64,000 bases of DNA from Octopus sinensis (GCF_006345805.1 NC_043013.1:45570001-45634000), one strand, 5' to 3'. Counted from the stretch's first letter, positions 25,554 to 38,980 are shown. Notes: generated by a model from the letters alone, not told the origin. A program made the numbers and translations.

Positions 25554-26007
25554 TTAACAGAAAGCCCTAGGGAATCAGGCCACTAATTATATGACAAAAA
25601 AGCAGATGAAAAGGATGTGATTGGCTGGACATTTTAATATATAAACTTTGCTTCAGGTTGGATGTATTAGAAAGGCAATGGCGGTAGGTAAGATACAAGA
25701 TATTTTAAGTACTGTTTGCAGAAGAGAGAGAAGATGAAGGTAGGAAGTCTATGACAATTAACTGAGTTTTTTGAACAGTGTTTGATTGGTACTTTAGTTG
25801 CACTTACTCTGTCCTTATAGTGAGGCAACCTGTCCTGATACTAGGGACTTGAAACTTGTGATCCTTAATTAAAAGGTGATAGTTTGAGGTGTTGATAAAG
25901 CAGATAAAGCAAATACATAAATTTTGCAAGTATCAGCATGGAATCACAATAAAAACTGCTGGTGTGGAACAGTAGTGAAAATAAAATGTTATTATTATTT
26001 AGTGTAG

Positions 26008-26160
26008 GTGGCGAACTGGCAGAATCGTTAGCACACTGGAGGAAATGCTTAGCAGTAGTTCGTCTGTTGACTTTGCTTTCACGCTTCTGGGGTCAATGTT
26101 ATCAGTTAGTCCTCTCCCCTAAATTTCAGGTCTTCTGCCTTTAGTAGAAAGGATTATTTA
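26008..26160 (+). mobile_element. SINE B, internally deleted
   Basis: ggtggcgaactggcagaatcgttagc head. Confidence 0.7.
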
Positions 26161-26194
26161 GTTTAGGTCATCCTTGGTTTAGTAGCTCTGTTTC

Positions 26195-26274
<80 letters not shown>

Positions 26275-26279
26275 ATGTG

Positions 26280-27625
26280 TATCATCATCATCATCCTCAT
26301 CATCATTTAATGTCTGTTGTCCATGCTGGCATGGGTTGAACGGTTTGACTGTGCTGGTACGCTGGAAGGCTGCACTAGACTCCAGTCTGATTTGGCATGG
26401 TGTTCTATGGCTGGATGCCCTTCCTAACGCCAACCACTCCGAGAGTGTAATGGGTGATTTTACGTGCCACCAACACAGGTGCCATTTGCGTGACACCAGT
26501 ATCTGCCATGACTGCGATTTTGCTTGGCTTGATGGCTCTTCTTCTCAAGCACAGCATAATGCCAAAGGTCTTGGTCATTGCCTCTGTGAGGCCCAACACT
26601 TGAAAGGAACTCAGCCACTTTGCCCCCCAACACTCAAAAATAACTCAGCCACTTTTCCTCCATGGGGCCCAACACTCAAACTGTTTTCATTATGCACCAC
26701 CAGCAAGGGTGCCAGCTACCACGACTGATTTCACTTGGCTTTATGGGTCTTCTCAAGCACAGCACATCGCCAAAGGTTTTGGTCACTAGTCATTGCCTCT
26801 GTGACGCTCAAAGTTCGAAGATCATGCTTCACTACCTCATCCCATGTCTTCCTGGGTCTACCTCTACCACATGTTCCCTCCACAGTTAAAGATTGGCACT
26901 TCTTTATACAGCTATCCTCATCCATACACATCACATGACCATACCAGTGCACAACATACTGGCTTCATTTCTCCAGGTTTTAAATATTTGGTAGAATTTC
27001 ACAGAATTATAAATTTAGTGACACACAATCAAAAGTTTTGTGAAACATAGCTGTTTGCACACAGGTATCAAACAATCTGCCTTTTACTCTGAAAGAGGAG
27101 GCCCTTTGTTGTCAGCAGGGGTAGGAGTCATTACATGCAGGTGCACCATCATTCATATGGACATATTTCTCTCCTGCGACATCACGATTTTCTCTCACAC
27201 ATTGTCTTGCAATACGAAACACTTCAGTTCTTTGGTCCTCATGTCGCTGAACTTCTTTTCTGCTTCTCTCTTGGCGAGATATACTTCGTCTCCTAGCATC
27301 CCTTCTGGCAATTTGATACAGTTCCCTGCTACCCCCATTCTTCCAGGCCTGTTTCTTAGCGCTAATGGCCCTGTCTACTGCATCATTTCACCACCACTTT
27401 ACCCTAGGTCTGGATGGGAATTTGCACCAGCCACAAATTTGGTCTTTGGCACTCAGCAAGCTGTCCTCCAGGAATTCCCAGTTGCCCTCTATGTCACAAG
27501 TCCGTAGCTCCTCCTCCCTTTTGTCAAACTTCTCAATTAGGATGTCCCTAAGCTTCCAAATCCTTTTCCAGATTGGTTTACTTCTTGGCGTCCTATTGCT
27601 GGGAATTGATCGAGTCACCTATATA
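26280..27625 (-). mobile_element. RTE LINE with deleted RT core: linker region, C-terminus, and family C 3' UTR
   Basis: 27090-27625 encodes IEGNWEFLEDSLLSAKDQICGWCKFPSRPRVKWW. 26731-26952 encodes HWYGHVMCMDEDSCIKKC...GRGRPRKTWDEVVKHDL...DQNLWR. The UTR and (GAT)n tail follow. Confidence 0.85.
26967..27045. repeat. 79-bp inverted duplicate of 28792-28870
   Basis: Reverse complement matches at 78 of 79 positions by manual alignment. Confidence 0.9.
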
Positions 27626-27927
27626 TTTATTTAAGAATGTGTTGTGTAAACAAACTAGAATGAAGACTTGTAGTTTGGGAGAGCTGGGCAGAAATTGAAC
27701 TTATGCTGTCTGGATCATAGAATCTTGAGAAATCAGTAGACTGATCAACTTTTGAATTGATTTGATATTCTACTGATATTGGTTATAATTTTTGTCAAGT
27801 GATATATATTTTTTTCCCTCATTCTTCTTGTTGCTCAAAGAGGAACTGTTTCCAGAATCTTGGAAAAATTAATATTTTTTTTATTGATATCAGATGTTCT
27901 TAGACAATATTAAGGATGGCTGTTTAA

Positions 27928-28149
27928 CCCTTTAGCATTTAAACCGGCCATATCCGGCCAAAAGTATTCTGCCTGTTTTATGTTCAAACTGGCCAGATCT
28001 GGTCTCTCACACCAACCCTACAATATTGTTTTAAAAATTTACAGCTACCTCATCAAAATCTCATAGCACCAAGATTAATGCCTGATTAGTTCAAAACAAT
28101 GTGGATTAAAAAGCATTAATTTTGGCAGAATAATGTGAACACTAAAGGG
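27928..28149. mobile_element. MITE-1
   Basis: ttaa-ccctttagcatt ... aacactaaaggg-ttaa. Confidence 0.9.
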
Positions 28150-29269
28150 TTAAACCAAAGTTTTATTGAGGCTGTTTCTGAGTAATTTCAGTTTCTCACC
28201 AATACTGAAAGAGATCTGCAAACTTTTGCTAAAGCATAAAACCAAGTCTGTTTATCTGCTGTTTACCATCTAGGCTAGCTGACATACCTTTTGTATGGTA
28301 TATAATATAATATTATAAGAGAACGAAGTTCTTTTAGCAGCAATTATGTGTTAAGCAGTGAATTTCAGACTGTTGTGTAGTGGGAAAATTGTTACTATCT
28401 CCAATGTTTTAAATATTTATATGTAAAGGCCTACAGTTTTGTAATGAAGTACTGATTTACCCAGTGTATCATTAAAGTAGGTTAACTTTGTTCAGTGTTG
28501 TTTATTTGGCTTAAAGTTTGAAGTCTGAGCACTCGTAAAGCTGATTTAGGACACTATCAGTTTGAAAATACAGCATCTGGGAAATAGTTCTGTTACTATT
28601 TTTTTTTACTGAAGTAATTCGTGTGTGTGTGTTGTGTTTATAAGTTATCTTCTTTCATTAATTTTCATGTCACATTACTTGTAACAAGAGACTACTCCGA
28701 ATGCTGGCCATAATGTAGGTTTGCTAGTTGCATGAGCGGTTCTTATCAATTATGTATTTGAAACATGACAGATAATTTGTTATCAAGAACATTTCACAAA
28801 ACTTTTGATTGTGTGTCACTAAATTTATAATTCTGTGAAATTCTACCAAATATTTAAAAGCTGGAGAAATTTGTAGTAAATTCCTTGTTTTAATATTAAA
28901 AATGAATGAACCGGAAAACTTTATCTTTAAAAAAATTTTAATATCTAATATCAGTTCTATTTTAAGTAGGATAGAAAGTGGATATGGTAATTGTATCAAA
29001 ATATATGTGGTATTTGAATATTCATTTATCTTTTCTGAATTATCACTAACTTCATATAAATAACTACTGACTTCATTATTGCCTTTTAATGTAAGGTGAT
29101 GATTTTCACAAAGATTTATTTATAAATGATGTTTAGCATTGATTGTCTAAAGTACAGTGTAACGATATGTACTTAACTAGTTTTCATAGATGGTTTGAAA
29201 CTAAAGCACTCAGGAATCTAACACGAATTAATGTGGAACAAAATGATAATAAAAGATATTTTTACTGAC

Positions 29270-30104
29270 CCGTCAATCCAAGTGAAATCATAGTCGTGGC
29301 CTATGCTGGTGTCCTGTAACTGGCAACCTGTGTTGGTGGCATGTAAGAAGCACCTTCCAAGCATTGGGTCTCACAGAAGCAAGGTGGCACCTGAAAAGCA
29401 CCTTACAAGTGTTGGGCCTCATGGAGGCAATGATGAATGACCGAGACCATTGACATTATGCTGTGCTTGAAAAGAAGACCCACCAAGCCTAGTAAAATCA
29501 CAGTTGTGACAGATACTGGTGTCATGCAAATGGCACCCATGCCGGTGACACATAAAAGCACCCATTACACTCTCGGAGTGGTTGGTGTTAGGAATGGCAT
29601 CCAACCGTAGAAACCATGCCAAATCAGACAGGAGTCTGGTGCAGCCTTACAGCTTGCCAATCCTGGTCAAATTTTTCAACCCATGCCAGCATGGACAATA
29701 AACATTAAATGATGATGATAATGATTCTCTGTCATGCTCTAGCCTTTCATCATCTAACACAAGATCACTTCCTCCAACGCCCTCTCCCCACTCAAAGATT
29801 TTCTGTCCTACAAAGTTTCTTGGTGACCCTGCCAGTGCAGGTGCCACTTAAAAAGCACCCAGTCCACACTGTAAAGTGGTTGGCATTTGGAAGGGCATCC
29901 AGCTGTAAAAGCCACACCAAAATTGACCTCGCTTGTGCTAGTGTCACGTAAAAAGCACTTAACCCACTCTACAAAGTGGTTCGTTTTAGGAAGGAGATCC
30001 ATCCATAAAAACCCTGCCAAAACAGACACAAATGCATGGTGCAGCCTCCTGCCTGGCCTGCTCCTATCAAACTGTCCAACCCATGCCAGCATGGAAAGAA
30101 GATG
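29270..30104 (+). mobile_element. Two family C copies
   Basis: 29270-29722 includes the long UTR modules; second copy at 29825-30104. Confidence 0.75.
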
Positions 30105-30108
30105 TTAA

Positions 30109-30329
30109 CCCTTTAGCATTCAGATTATTCTGTCAATTGTAATGCTTATTAACTTATATTGTTTTGAATTAAACATGCATTTTCATGTAGCTTCAAGATT
30201 TGGATGATTCAATTGTTTATTTGTAAGAATGACATTATAGGGTCTGTGTGAGAGGCTGGATCTGGCCAATTTGAACATAAAACAAGTAGAACATTTCAGC
30301 CGGATATGGCCAGTTTAAATGCTAAAGGG
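30109..30329. mobile_element. MITE-1
   Basis: TTAA on both sides and 12-bp TIRs. Confidence 0.9.
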
Positions 30330-30594
30330 TTAAACAATGTTGATGATGATGGCTTCACTCCAATGTTCCATTGACGAAACCCCTTGCTCCATTTGACCAA
30401 ATCATTCAAAAAACCACACCCCACTGTCTTCTAAATATGTTGGGCTGATTCTGCTTAGAATGGTTTTGGAGGTGCACATAGCCGAGGAATGCTCAGCCAC
30501 TTACAGGTTAATTCAGTTGATTGAACTCATTGTTCGATGTTGGGGATCCACTACACATATCTGTTTGTGTGAATGAGATGTATTGATTTAATAT

Positions 30595-31012
30595 TACTCT
30601 TTACTTTTTTACTCTTTTACTTGTTTGTCATTTGACTGCGGCCATGCTGGAGCACCGCCTTTAGTCGAGCAAATCGACCCCGGGACTTATTCTTTGTAAG
30701 CCTAGTACTTATTCTATCGGCCTCTTTTGCTGAACCGCTAAGTGACGGGGACGTAAACACACCAGCATCGGTTGTCAAGCAATGCTAGGGGGACAAACAC
30801 AGACACACAAACACATACACACACACTTATATATATATACATATATACGAAAGGCTTCTTTCAGTTTTCCGTCTACCAAATCCACTCACAAGGCATTGAT
30901 CGGCCTGGGGCTATAGCAGAAGACACTTGCCCAAAGTGCCAGGCAGTAGGGCTGAACCCGGAACCATGTGGTTGGTAAGCAAGCTACTTACCACACAGCC
31001 ACTCCTGCACCT
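30595..31012 (-). mobile_element. SINE family A
   Basis: Full-length homology. Confidence 0.9.
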
Positions 31013-31369
31013 CCTACTGAATTATTTTACTTTACCTATTTTCTGCCTTCTCAGTCTCGGCCTTTATGCAGTCCTTAGCTGTCAGGAATACAATTAAAGC
31101 ATGTCATAGGGATTGGTAATCCAAGAAGTGCCCGCCTCCCTTTTCAGGATATGTATGATTGTTGGTTCTCAAGAAAGTTACCTGCTTTTGACTGGTTTTG
31201 TTTTTCAATCCCGATAGTCACACACACATTCTTCACTGGGTAAGTTAACGAGAAGTGGTGGGGGCATTTTTGTCACCGACAATTCACGAGCAGGAAGAAA
31301 TGGATTACCTGGTTGCCAATGACAGGTTTCCATCAGCTGATGGTAGAACTGGCCTTAATATTAATAATG

Positions 31370-32065
31370 ATAATAATAATCCTTTCTATCATAGGCACAG
31401 GGCTTGAAATTTTGTTGGTGGTGGTGGTGGTGGTGGTGGGTTTGTTGATTACATCAACCTCAGTGCTCGACTAGTACTTATTTTATTGACCCCAAAAGAA
31501 TGTAAGGCAAAGTTGACCACAGTGGAATTTGAACTCAGAATGTAAGGACAAACGGAATGCTGTTAAGCATTTCACACAGTGTGCCAATGATCCTGTTGGC
31601 TCATGACCTTTAATATGAGTTTCAAATATTGGCACAAGGCCAGCAATTCAGAGGTAGGGGGTAAGTTGATTGTGTTCACCCCCAGTGCACAACTGGTACT
31701 TATTTTATCAACCCCAAAAGGATGAAAGGCGAAGTTGACCTCAGTGGAATTTGAACTCAATGTAAAGACAGATGAAATGCCACTAAGCATTTTACCTGTC
31801 ATGCTAATGATTATGCCTCATAGCTGCCTTAATAATAATAATAATAATTCTTTTTATGAGAGGCTCAAGGCCTGAAATTTTTGAGGGAGAGGACTAGTCG
31901 ATTGCATCAACTCCAGTGCTCAACTGGTACTTATTTCATCGGCCCTCAAAGGATTAAAGGCAAAGTAAACCCCAGCAGAATTTGAACTCAGAATGTAAGG
32001 ATGGATGAAATGCTGCTATGCATTTTGCCCGGCATGCTAATGGTTCTGCCAGCTCACCGCTTTAG
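31370..32065 (-). mobile_element. Chain of three SINE B copies separated by (TAA)n
   Basis: Three occurrences of gaatttgaactca(g/a) and ggtacttattt. Confidence 0.8.
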
Positions 32066-32149
32066 TAGCAGGAGCAGCAGCAGCAGCAGTAGTAATGATC
32101 ATAGATTTTCCTGAATCAGATCTGGCCTGCATCAACAATGTATCTCTAT

Positions 32150-32204
<55 letters not shown>

Positions 32205-32559
32205 ATGTATATATATATACTCTGTGTTTAATAATAGACCTTTTAAAGTTGTACATGCAGTAGAAAACAAGGGATTGGTTATTAAATTCCTGTAGTGAGA
32301 AACAATTGTTATGAAAATTGTTTATTGAGTTGGTAGGATTTGAATGAGCAATTACAACTGTTTGAAGATATTTCATTATCTGAGTAGTTGTAGTGGCCTG
32401 ATGGATCAGAATTTTAGCCTGTTGTCTGAGTCACAAGCTGGTCCTGTTTATCTTTGGATAAAGCGTGAGAGTTTTCATGTCTTACTTGACAAAAGTGATG
32501 ATAAAGAAGGAACGGAGTGATGGGAATTGTGGTGATTTGCTGTATTTGGGAAGACACAT

Positions 32560-32853
32560 CAAGCTAAGTAAAATCGCAGTCATCCATACATACAGGCCTG
32601 TTCTTTACAGATGCTGGAACCATGTAAGACGCACTCATGGCTGGTGTTGCGTAAACAGACCCGTGCCGGTGGCACTTAAAAAGCACCCAGCACGCTCTAT
32701 AAAGTGGTTGGTGTTAGGAAGGGCATCTGGCTGTAGAAATCATCCCACAACAGACAAATGGGGTCTGGACAGCTCCCTGGCTGGCCAGCTCCTTTCAAAC
32801 CGTCCAATCCATGCCATCATGGAAAACAGTCATTAAACAGTGATGATGATGAT
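32560..32853 (+). mobile_element. Family C, degenerate
   Basis: ggtgttaggaagggcatc ... (gat)n. Confidence 0.7.
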
Positions 32854-34114
32854 AACATTGAATCCTTATGCATATCATTGCTAGAATAACCGGGAATGAG
32901 GCAATACATTCAAATAGAATGAAATAGATTCTTGAGGTGATAAAAGCAGTGGATCAGAGCATATACGGTTGATGTGATATTATTTTTATTGAGGTGAGGA
33001 AAAAAAAAAAGAAACACTAACAGTGGAGGCAGTTTTGAGGAACATAAATCATGACATTACCAACAGAGAGCATATAACAATAATTTATTTATGTCCTGTA
33101 AATTGCAAATCTCTTAATCTGATATTTTTTTTTTGTTGTTGTTGATCTTATGTTGGCCATATGCAAAGGACAATGTTTAAAAACAGATTTATTCATTGCG
33201 CCACATCAAGTATCTCTCATAAATTGTTAACTCTTGGTTATGTTATGTAATTTGATTTCTAACTTGATTTTGATGTGACCATTATAGGATAAATGTGTTT
33301 ACTAATCCTTCTGTAACTCCTGGTCTTTGTGGCATGTACACCATTGTGTCATACAGAATGTTAGTGATTTTTTTTTTTTCAACAGTTGATTAAAACAGGT
33401 CACATGATGGTTGAATCCCAGATTCCAGCATCTTGACCATTGGCTAGTATTTTCAGCATTGCAGTTTCTTTCTCTATTCTGATATTTGTAGCTGCCTTTG
33501 CCAATTATTTTCAAATATTTTTGATGAGAACCATTCCTTAAACATTTCCTGTATCATCCGTTTAAAAGTAGTAGGAATTATTTGGTTGCTAAATCTATAT
33601 GATGTTACAACAAGGGATTGACCTTCCACTTACACACACTCACACACACACACATACACATACATTAAGAATATTCATGACTATTATTAGCATTTTACTA
33701 AATAGGGAAGAAACATATAAGTGAGTAAGGAATATTGATCGACTAGATTGTGTGTGAGTGTGTGTGTGTGTGTGGAGTGACAACACAGTTTTCTGTTTTG
33801 AGGTGTTTGATGGGGCAGGAGTTGTAGTATGATGTTACACGAGAAAATGTGTTCAGTTTCATTTGTTGGTACTTCAGCCATGCTGTAGGAATTTAACTCA
33901 GGACTTTGTGATTTGTAAAGCAAGCTTCGTAACCATTTGTGCATCTGTATGTTAAACATAGCAAGAGTTGATATATTAAATCAACTTGTCGTCTCAAGCG
34001 TACATGCACATGCATATGTAGTGGACCTCTGTTTGATCAATAAAGATTCAGTTGTTTGGTCATCTGAATTAATAACTTAAGTGGCTGAGAATTCTCAGAC
34101 ATCTGCTCCTTCAA

Positions 34115-34290
34115 CCCTTTAGCATCCAGATTACTCTGTCAAATGTAATGCTTGTTTATTCACATTGTTTTGAATTAATCATGCATTATCTTTTAGCTTC
34201 AAGATTATGATGATGTGATTGTTTATTTTTATAACGACATTGTAGGGTAGGTGTGAGAGGCTGGATATGACGAATTTAAATGCTAAAGCA
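34115..34290. mobile_element. MITE-1, internally deleted
   Basis: ccctttagcatccagattactctg ... aatgctaaagca-ttaa. Confidence 0.8.
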
Positions 34291-34624
34291 TTAATGTAAT
34301 TCTCAGACAGGATCCGTATGACGTAGTGTGTGTGTGTGTGGCAATGTTATACCTTTTGAATTAAAGATGCAAATCTGACTGGCAGTCCAGTTTCTGTGTG
34401 CCTAATTTCACTCAGAAGGTATGTGTTGGTTCATGAGGGTAGAAAAATGACAATCTCCCAAGATGCCACCGGCTGGGTTCAAACCCAGGACCTTATCGTT
34501 TGAAAGGAATTTCTTTACACTTGACCATGCTGCACTTGCATATGTGTATGCATTTCAATGTGTATATATGTGTATTTGCATGCAAGTGTGTGTGTGTGTG
34601 TGTGTGTAAAATAAACAAATATGA

Positions 34625-35040
34625 CAGGCATGAATGTGTGGTAAGAAGCTTGCTTCCAAACCACATGGTTCTGGGCTCAGTCTCACTGTAGCTCCTTGGG
34701 TATCTTCTGCTATGGCCTTGGGTCAACCAAAGCTTTGTCAGTGGATTTAGTAGACGGAAACTTAAAGAAGCCACTCCCCCCTCTCTCTCTCTCCCATCAT
34801 CGTTTAACGTCCATTTTCCGTGCTAGCACGGGTTGGACGGTTCGACCGGGGTCTGGGAAGTCAGAAGGCTGCACCAGGCTCCAGTCTGATCTGGCAGTGT
34901 TTCTACTGCTGGATGCCCTTTCTAACGCCAACCACTCCGTGAGTGTAGTGGGTGCTTTTTACGTGCCAGGGGCCATGATCGGTTGGTGCTTTTTATGTGC
35001 CACCAGCACAGAAGCCAGTCAAGGCGTCACTAGCATTTGC
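34625..35040. mobile_element. SINE A 5' part (+, 34625-34780) abutting family C (-, 34795-35040)
   Basis: Homology to both families. Confidence 0.75.
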
Positions 35041-35757
35041 TAACATATTGTGGCAGTCCTGTCTGCGACTATGTTACTACTTTTTAATCCCCAGGAAAAC
35101 AGTCTTTTCCAGCTGGTTTATTGACACATGGTATGTGTCTGAGACGCACTGTAAGCAGGGAAGCTCACTGCTCCCTTCTAGCTGTTGGCAGTACCAGCAG
35201 TCCAATGGTTCCTGCGTTATTTCTCTTCCTCAGTGCTGGACAACTACCTGGCTAGAAACAGCAGTCAACTGGCCTTACATATATAATTACATATGTGTCT
35301 TTGTGTCTGTGTTTGTCCTCCGCTACTGCTTCACAACCAATGTTGGTGTGTTTACATCTGTTTAACTTAGCAGTTCAGTAAAAGAGATCAATAGAATAAG
35401 TACTAGGCTTAAAAACATAAGTTATGGGGTCAATCTGTGAGACTAAAACTCTTCAAGGTGGTGCCCCAGCATGGTCATATATATGTGTGTGAGATAAAAC
35501 AAAATGTGACAGATTGTTTATAAGATAGTTATACCATCTTATATATATGTAGTAACAAAACACGATTATTTGTCACATAATGTGAATTACATTATACATA
35601 CATCTTCCCACTCATGTAGGCCTGGCTGTGTGCTTGAAAAGTTCACGTTATTACCATGTGACATATATTCAAACTACTGTACATGTAGGGATGGTCATAT
35701 TTTACCAATTAAACATATGCACTATATCTTTACTTCAACTTTATTATTATTATTATT

Positions 35758-36282
35758 ATTGAGTGAGAGAGTAGTGCATGCCATCAAAGTGACACTGGGG
35801 TAAAATATACGAAGCCCAGTATACCCATCTGATAAGGGTACACCAGGCACATGCATCACAACCATATGTGCACAACATGGTGATCTCATATCAAGATAAA
35901 CAGCACATGACCTTGCAGGTAGGGCCCAGTTAGAATTTTCTTCAGGTCGAGTAACTCATCTCACTCAAAAGGTCCCTGAATAAGGATTGTTTAAGAAGGT
36001 AGAATGAAACACCCATGTTTCCAAAGGTGAATTATCCAAACCCCAAAGAATCCCTCTCAACACATGGCTATGATGCCCCCCCCCCCCGCCACTACTTCTG
36101 CTCGTGGTCAGAGATGCACATATCAGCAGCAACCAAGGGACATGCTCTACTGGTTAAGGTCAAACAACTGACAAGCAAATATGTGGTATTGAGCAGAATA
36201 TTTGCTGTAGCCCATCTTTTATACAAAAACAATGTACATGATAACACTTCCAATCAGTTAAGATCAGAAGTCATGAGAACCA
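35758..36282 (-). repeat. Family G ~530-bp repeat (uninterrupted)
   Basis: Colinear with 10138-10890 once the MITE is removed; flanked by (ATT)n. Confidence 0.85.
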
Positions 36283-36964
36283 CTATTATTATTATTATTG
36301 TTTCTTTGTCAAATCTCTTTTGTCACACATCCTGTGACCTCTTCAGTGATTCTTTATCCCATGTATCCTCTTGCTCTGCTTTGTCCATTTGTATTTCTGG
36401 ACAAAAGAAAGTGATGGAAGAGCTTGGGCAAAGAAACAAATATAACAGTGATAAAGCTGAACTAAAGATATAGTGTGTGTGTGTGTTTAATTGGCAAAAT
36501 GACCATCCCCAAGTATAACAATATGCTTTATTTTAGCTGCAGTAACTGGCCTACTATTGATAGGCCAGTTTACCCGGCAGTATTTATTCTCACATACCAT
36601 CTCCTATAGACTTGCTTTGTTACAAACACAATAAATACTGCCTCATTTGTGTATACAGGATTTTTAATCTGCAACATCAGGGAGTGTTTTATTTACTTTT
36701 TCTTACATTAGAGACGATGATTTATCAGTCAAACTTGGTGACTTGTTGTGAGTATGCATGCTACTGAAAAGGCCCAAAAAGGTTGAAATACATCTGGTGC
36801 TCTTACCGGCCACAACAAGAATGAATTTTCATCCCTCTCTCTGATATTTATTGTGTTTTTAACATAGCAAGTGCATAAGAAATGTTATCTCTGAACAAAT
36901 ACTGTAGTAACTGGCCCATCAAACAGTCTATACACATTAGCTATAATACATAGATGACTCTCTG

Positions 36965-37014
<50 letters not shown>

Positions 37015-37017
<3 letters not shown>

Positions 37018-37258
37018 TCATCATCATTTAGCGTCCGCTTTCCATGCTAGCATGGGTTGGACGGTTCAACTGGGGTCTGGGAAGCCAGAAGGCTGCATCA
37101 GGCCCAGTCTGATCTGGCAGAGTTTCTACGGCTGGATGCCCTTCCTAACGCCAACCACTCCGTGAGTGTAGTGGGTGCTTTTTACGTGCCACCTGCACAG
37201 GTGCCAGACGGGGCTGGCAAAACGGCCACGGACAGATGGTGCTTTTTACGTGCCAACA
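37015..37258 (-). mobile_element. Family C
   Basis: Homology; inserted next to (AT)n. Confidence 0.85.
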
Positions 37259-37479
37259 CACACATACATATATATACACATACCATACATTAAGTAAATA
37301 ATGACATTCTGAAGTGAAGCAATATCAGATGTCCATGCATTTGTGTTTCGTCAGGTGAACGTGGTGTTCCAGTTGCATAAGTCTTTTTTGAAGTGTCTGT
37401 ATTTCTGAAATATTTTTGATTAGGTATTTAACCAGAAGTCTTAGTTATGATTTTCTTTCTGTTCTTTTCTTGTTTTTTT

Positions 37480-37990
37480 TTTTTTTTTTAGTATTTTCCT
37501 TTATTTTCTGCTGATCACCATTCATATTTCCATAGGGTTTGTCTCTATATGATCTTCCACTTGATACTCCAGCCTAAAGATATTTCTTCCAACTTCTATA
37601 TATGTAGTTGGCCAAATGTGTTGCAGTTCTTTATATCTGATATACCCTAAAGGAAGAGATTTGTATCTTCGTACCTAGAGAAGGTGTTAAAAGAAAGTAA
37701 AACAACTTTTGCAGTTTCTCCAAAATTAACATCAGCGACAGTTAAGGGACAATAATCTAAAATTTCTATTGATGTGCCACCCACCTCTTAATGATTTGCT
37801 TTTAACCAAGTCCAGAGGTTCCCCAAGGAATGATTATAATGGTCTTTGCTTAAGCTGCTTTTCTGTTTGACATATCACTTGGAGGTTGGGTTCTAAAGAA
37901 ATGATCTTTGCTTCATAAATTATTGCCTCCACCTTGCATGGTTTGTTCATCAGGCATTTATTTTAAGTTTTTGCATGAATATTAACTTGT
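37480..37990 (-). pseudogene. Possible Penelope-like element GIY-YIG endonuclease remnant
   Basis: Minus frames SCKN..NKCLMNKPCKVEAIIYEAKI, then HLANYIY and WSIKWKII..DKPYGN, resembling the Penelope CxC..CPL...IIY.A...W.I.WKI pattern. Confidence 0.5.
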
Positions 37991-38020
37991 GTCTCTCTGT
38001 GTGACATATTTTACATCTCT

Positions 38021-38241
38021 TCTCTTTTATCTCTTTTACTTGTTTCAGTCATTTGACTGTGGCCATGCTGGAGCACTGCCTTTAGTCAATCAAATCGACC
38101 CTGGGACTCATGCTTTGTAAGCCCAGTACTTATTCTATCGGTCTCTTTTGCCGAACCGCTAAGTGACGGGGACGTAAACACACCAGCATCGGTTGTCGAG
38201 CAATGCTAGGAGGACAAACACACACACATACACCTATATAT

Positions 38242-38287
<46 letters not shown>

Positions 38288-38460
38288 TACATATATACGA
38301 CAGGCTTCTTTCAGTTTCCGTCTACCAAATCCACTCACAAGGCATTGGTCGGCCCGGGACTATAGCAGAAGACACTTGCCCAAGATGCCACGCAGTGGGA
38401 CTGAACCCGGAACCATGTGGTTGGTTAGCAAGCTACTTACCACACAGCCACTCCTACGCC
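38021..38460 (-). mobile_element. SINE family A
   Basis: Full-length homology with an expanded (TA)n. Confidence 0.9.
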
Positions 38461-38764
38461 TACATGTTCATATTGTAACTGTAGCTTATTTTTGCACCAT
38501 GTCTGTTTGAAAATTTTCTGTAGCTTATTAGGAGAGAAGTATTTTCTATTAGAGCTTGGAAGTCTCTTGGTAAATTTTATTTTACGTTGGGTGAAAACCA
38601 TGTGATATTAGTGATATTTCTTTTTTTTTAGTCATATGATTGCTTACTTATATCGAATGAACATGTTGGGCCCAGAAGTTTTGACTAGAATGAAGTCCAG
38701 CCTTTTTCTACCATGCATTATTATTTTTATATTACTATGAGGTACCTTGTAAGAAGTATTGGTC

Positions 38765-38980
38765 TGGGTGCTGGTGCCACATAAAAAGCACCTAATACAC
38801 CCCAAAAAGTGGTTGGCATTTGGATGGGCATCCAGTTGTAGAAACCAAACCAAAACAGATTATGGAGCCTGGTGCAAATCCTGGCCTTGCCAGTTCCTGT
38901 CCAAACCATGCCAGTTCCTGTCCAAACCTTGCCAGCATGGAAAACAGACATTAAATGTTGATGATGATGATGATGATGAT
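38765..38980 (+). mobile_element. Family C with a 21-bp internal tandem duplication
   Basis: tgccagttcctgtccaaacc twice at 38888-38929. Confidence 0.75.

Noticed and set aside
27040-27507. 155-aa plus-strand ORF
   Set aside because: It is the antisense of the RTE LINE remnant.
37355-37380. Collagen-like GERGVP after an acceptor
   Set aside because: No donor site follows, an in-frame stop comes two codons later, and there are no other Gly-X-Y exons.
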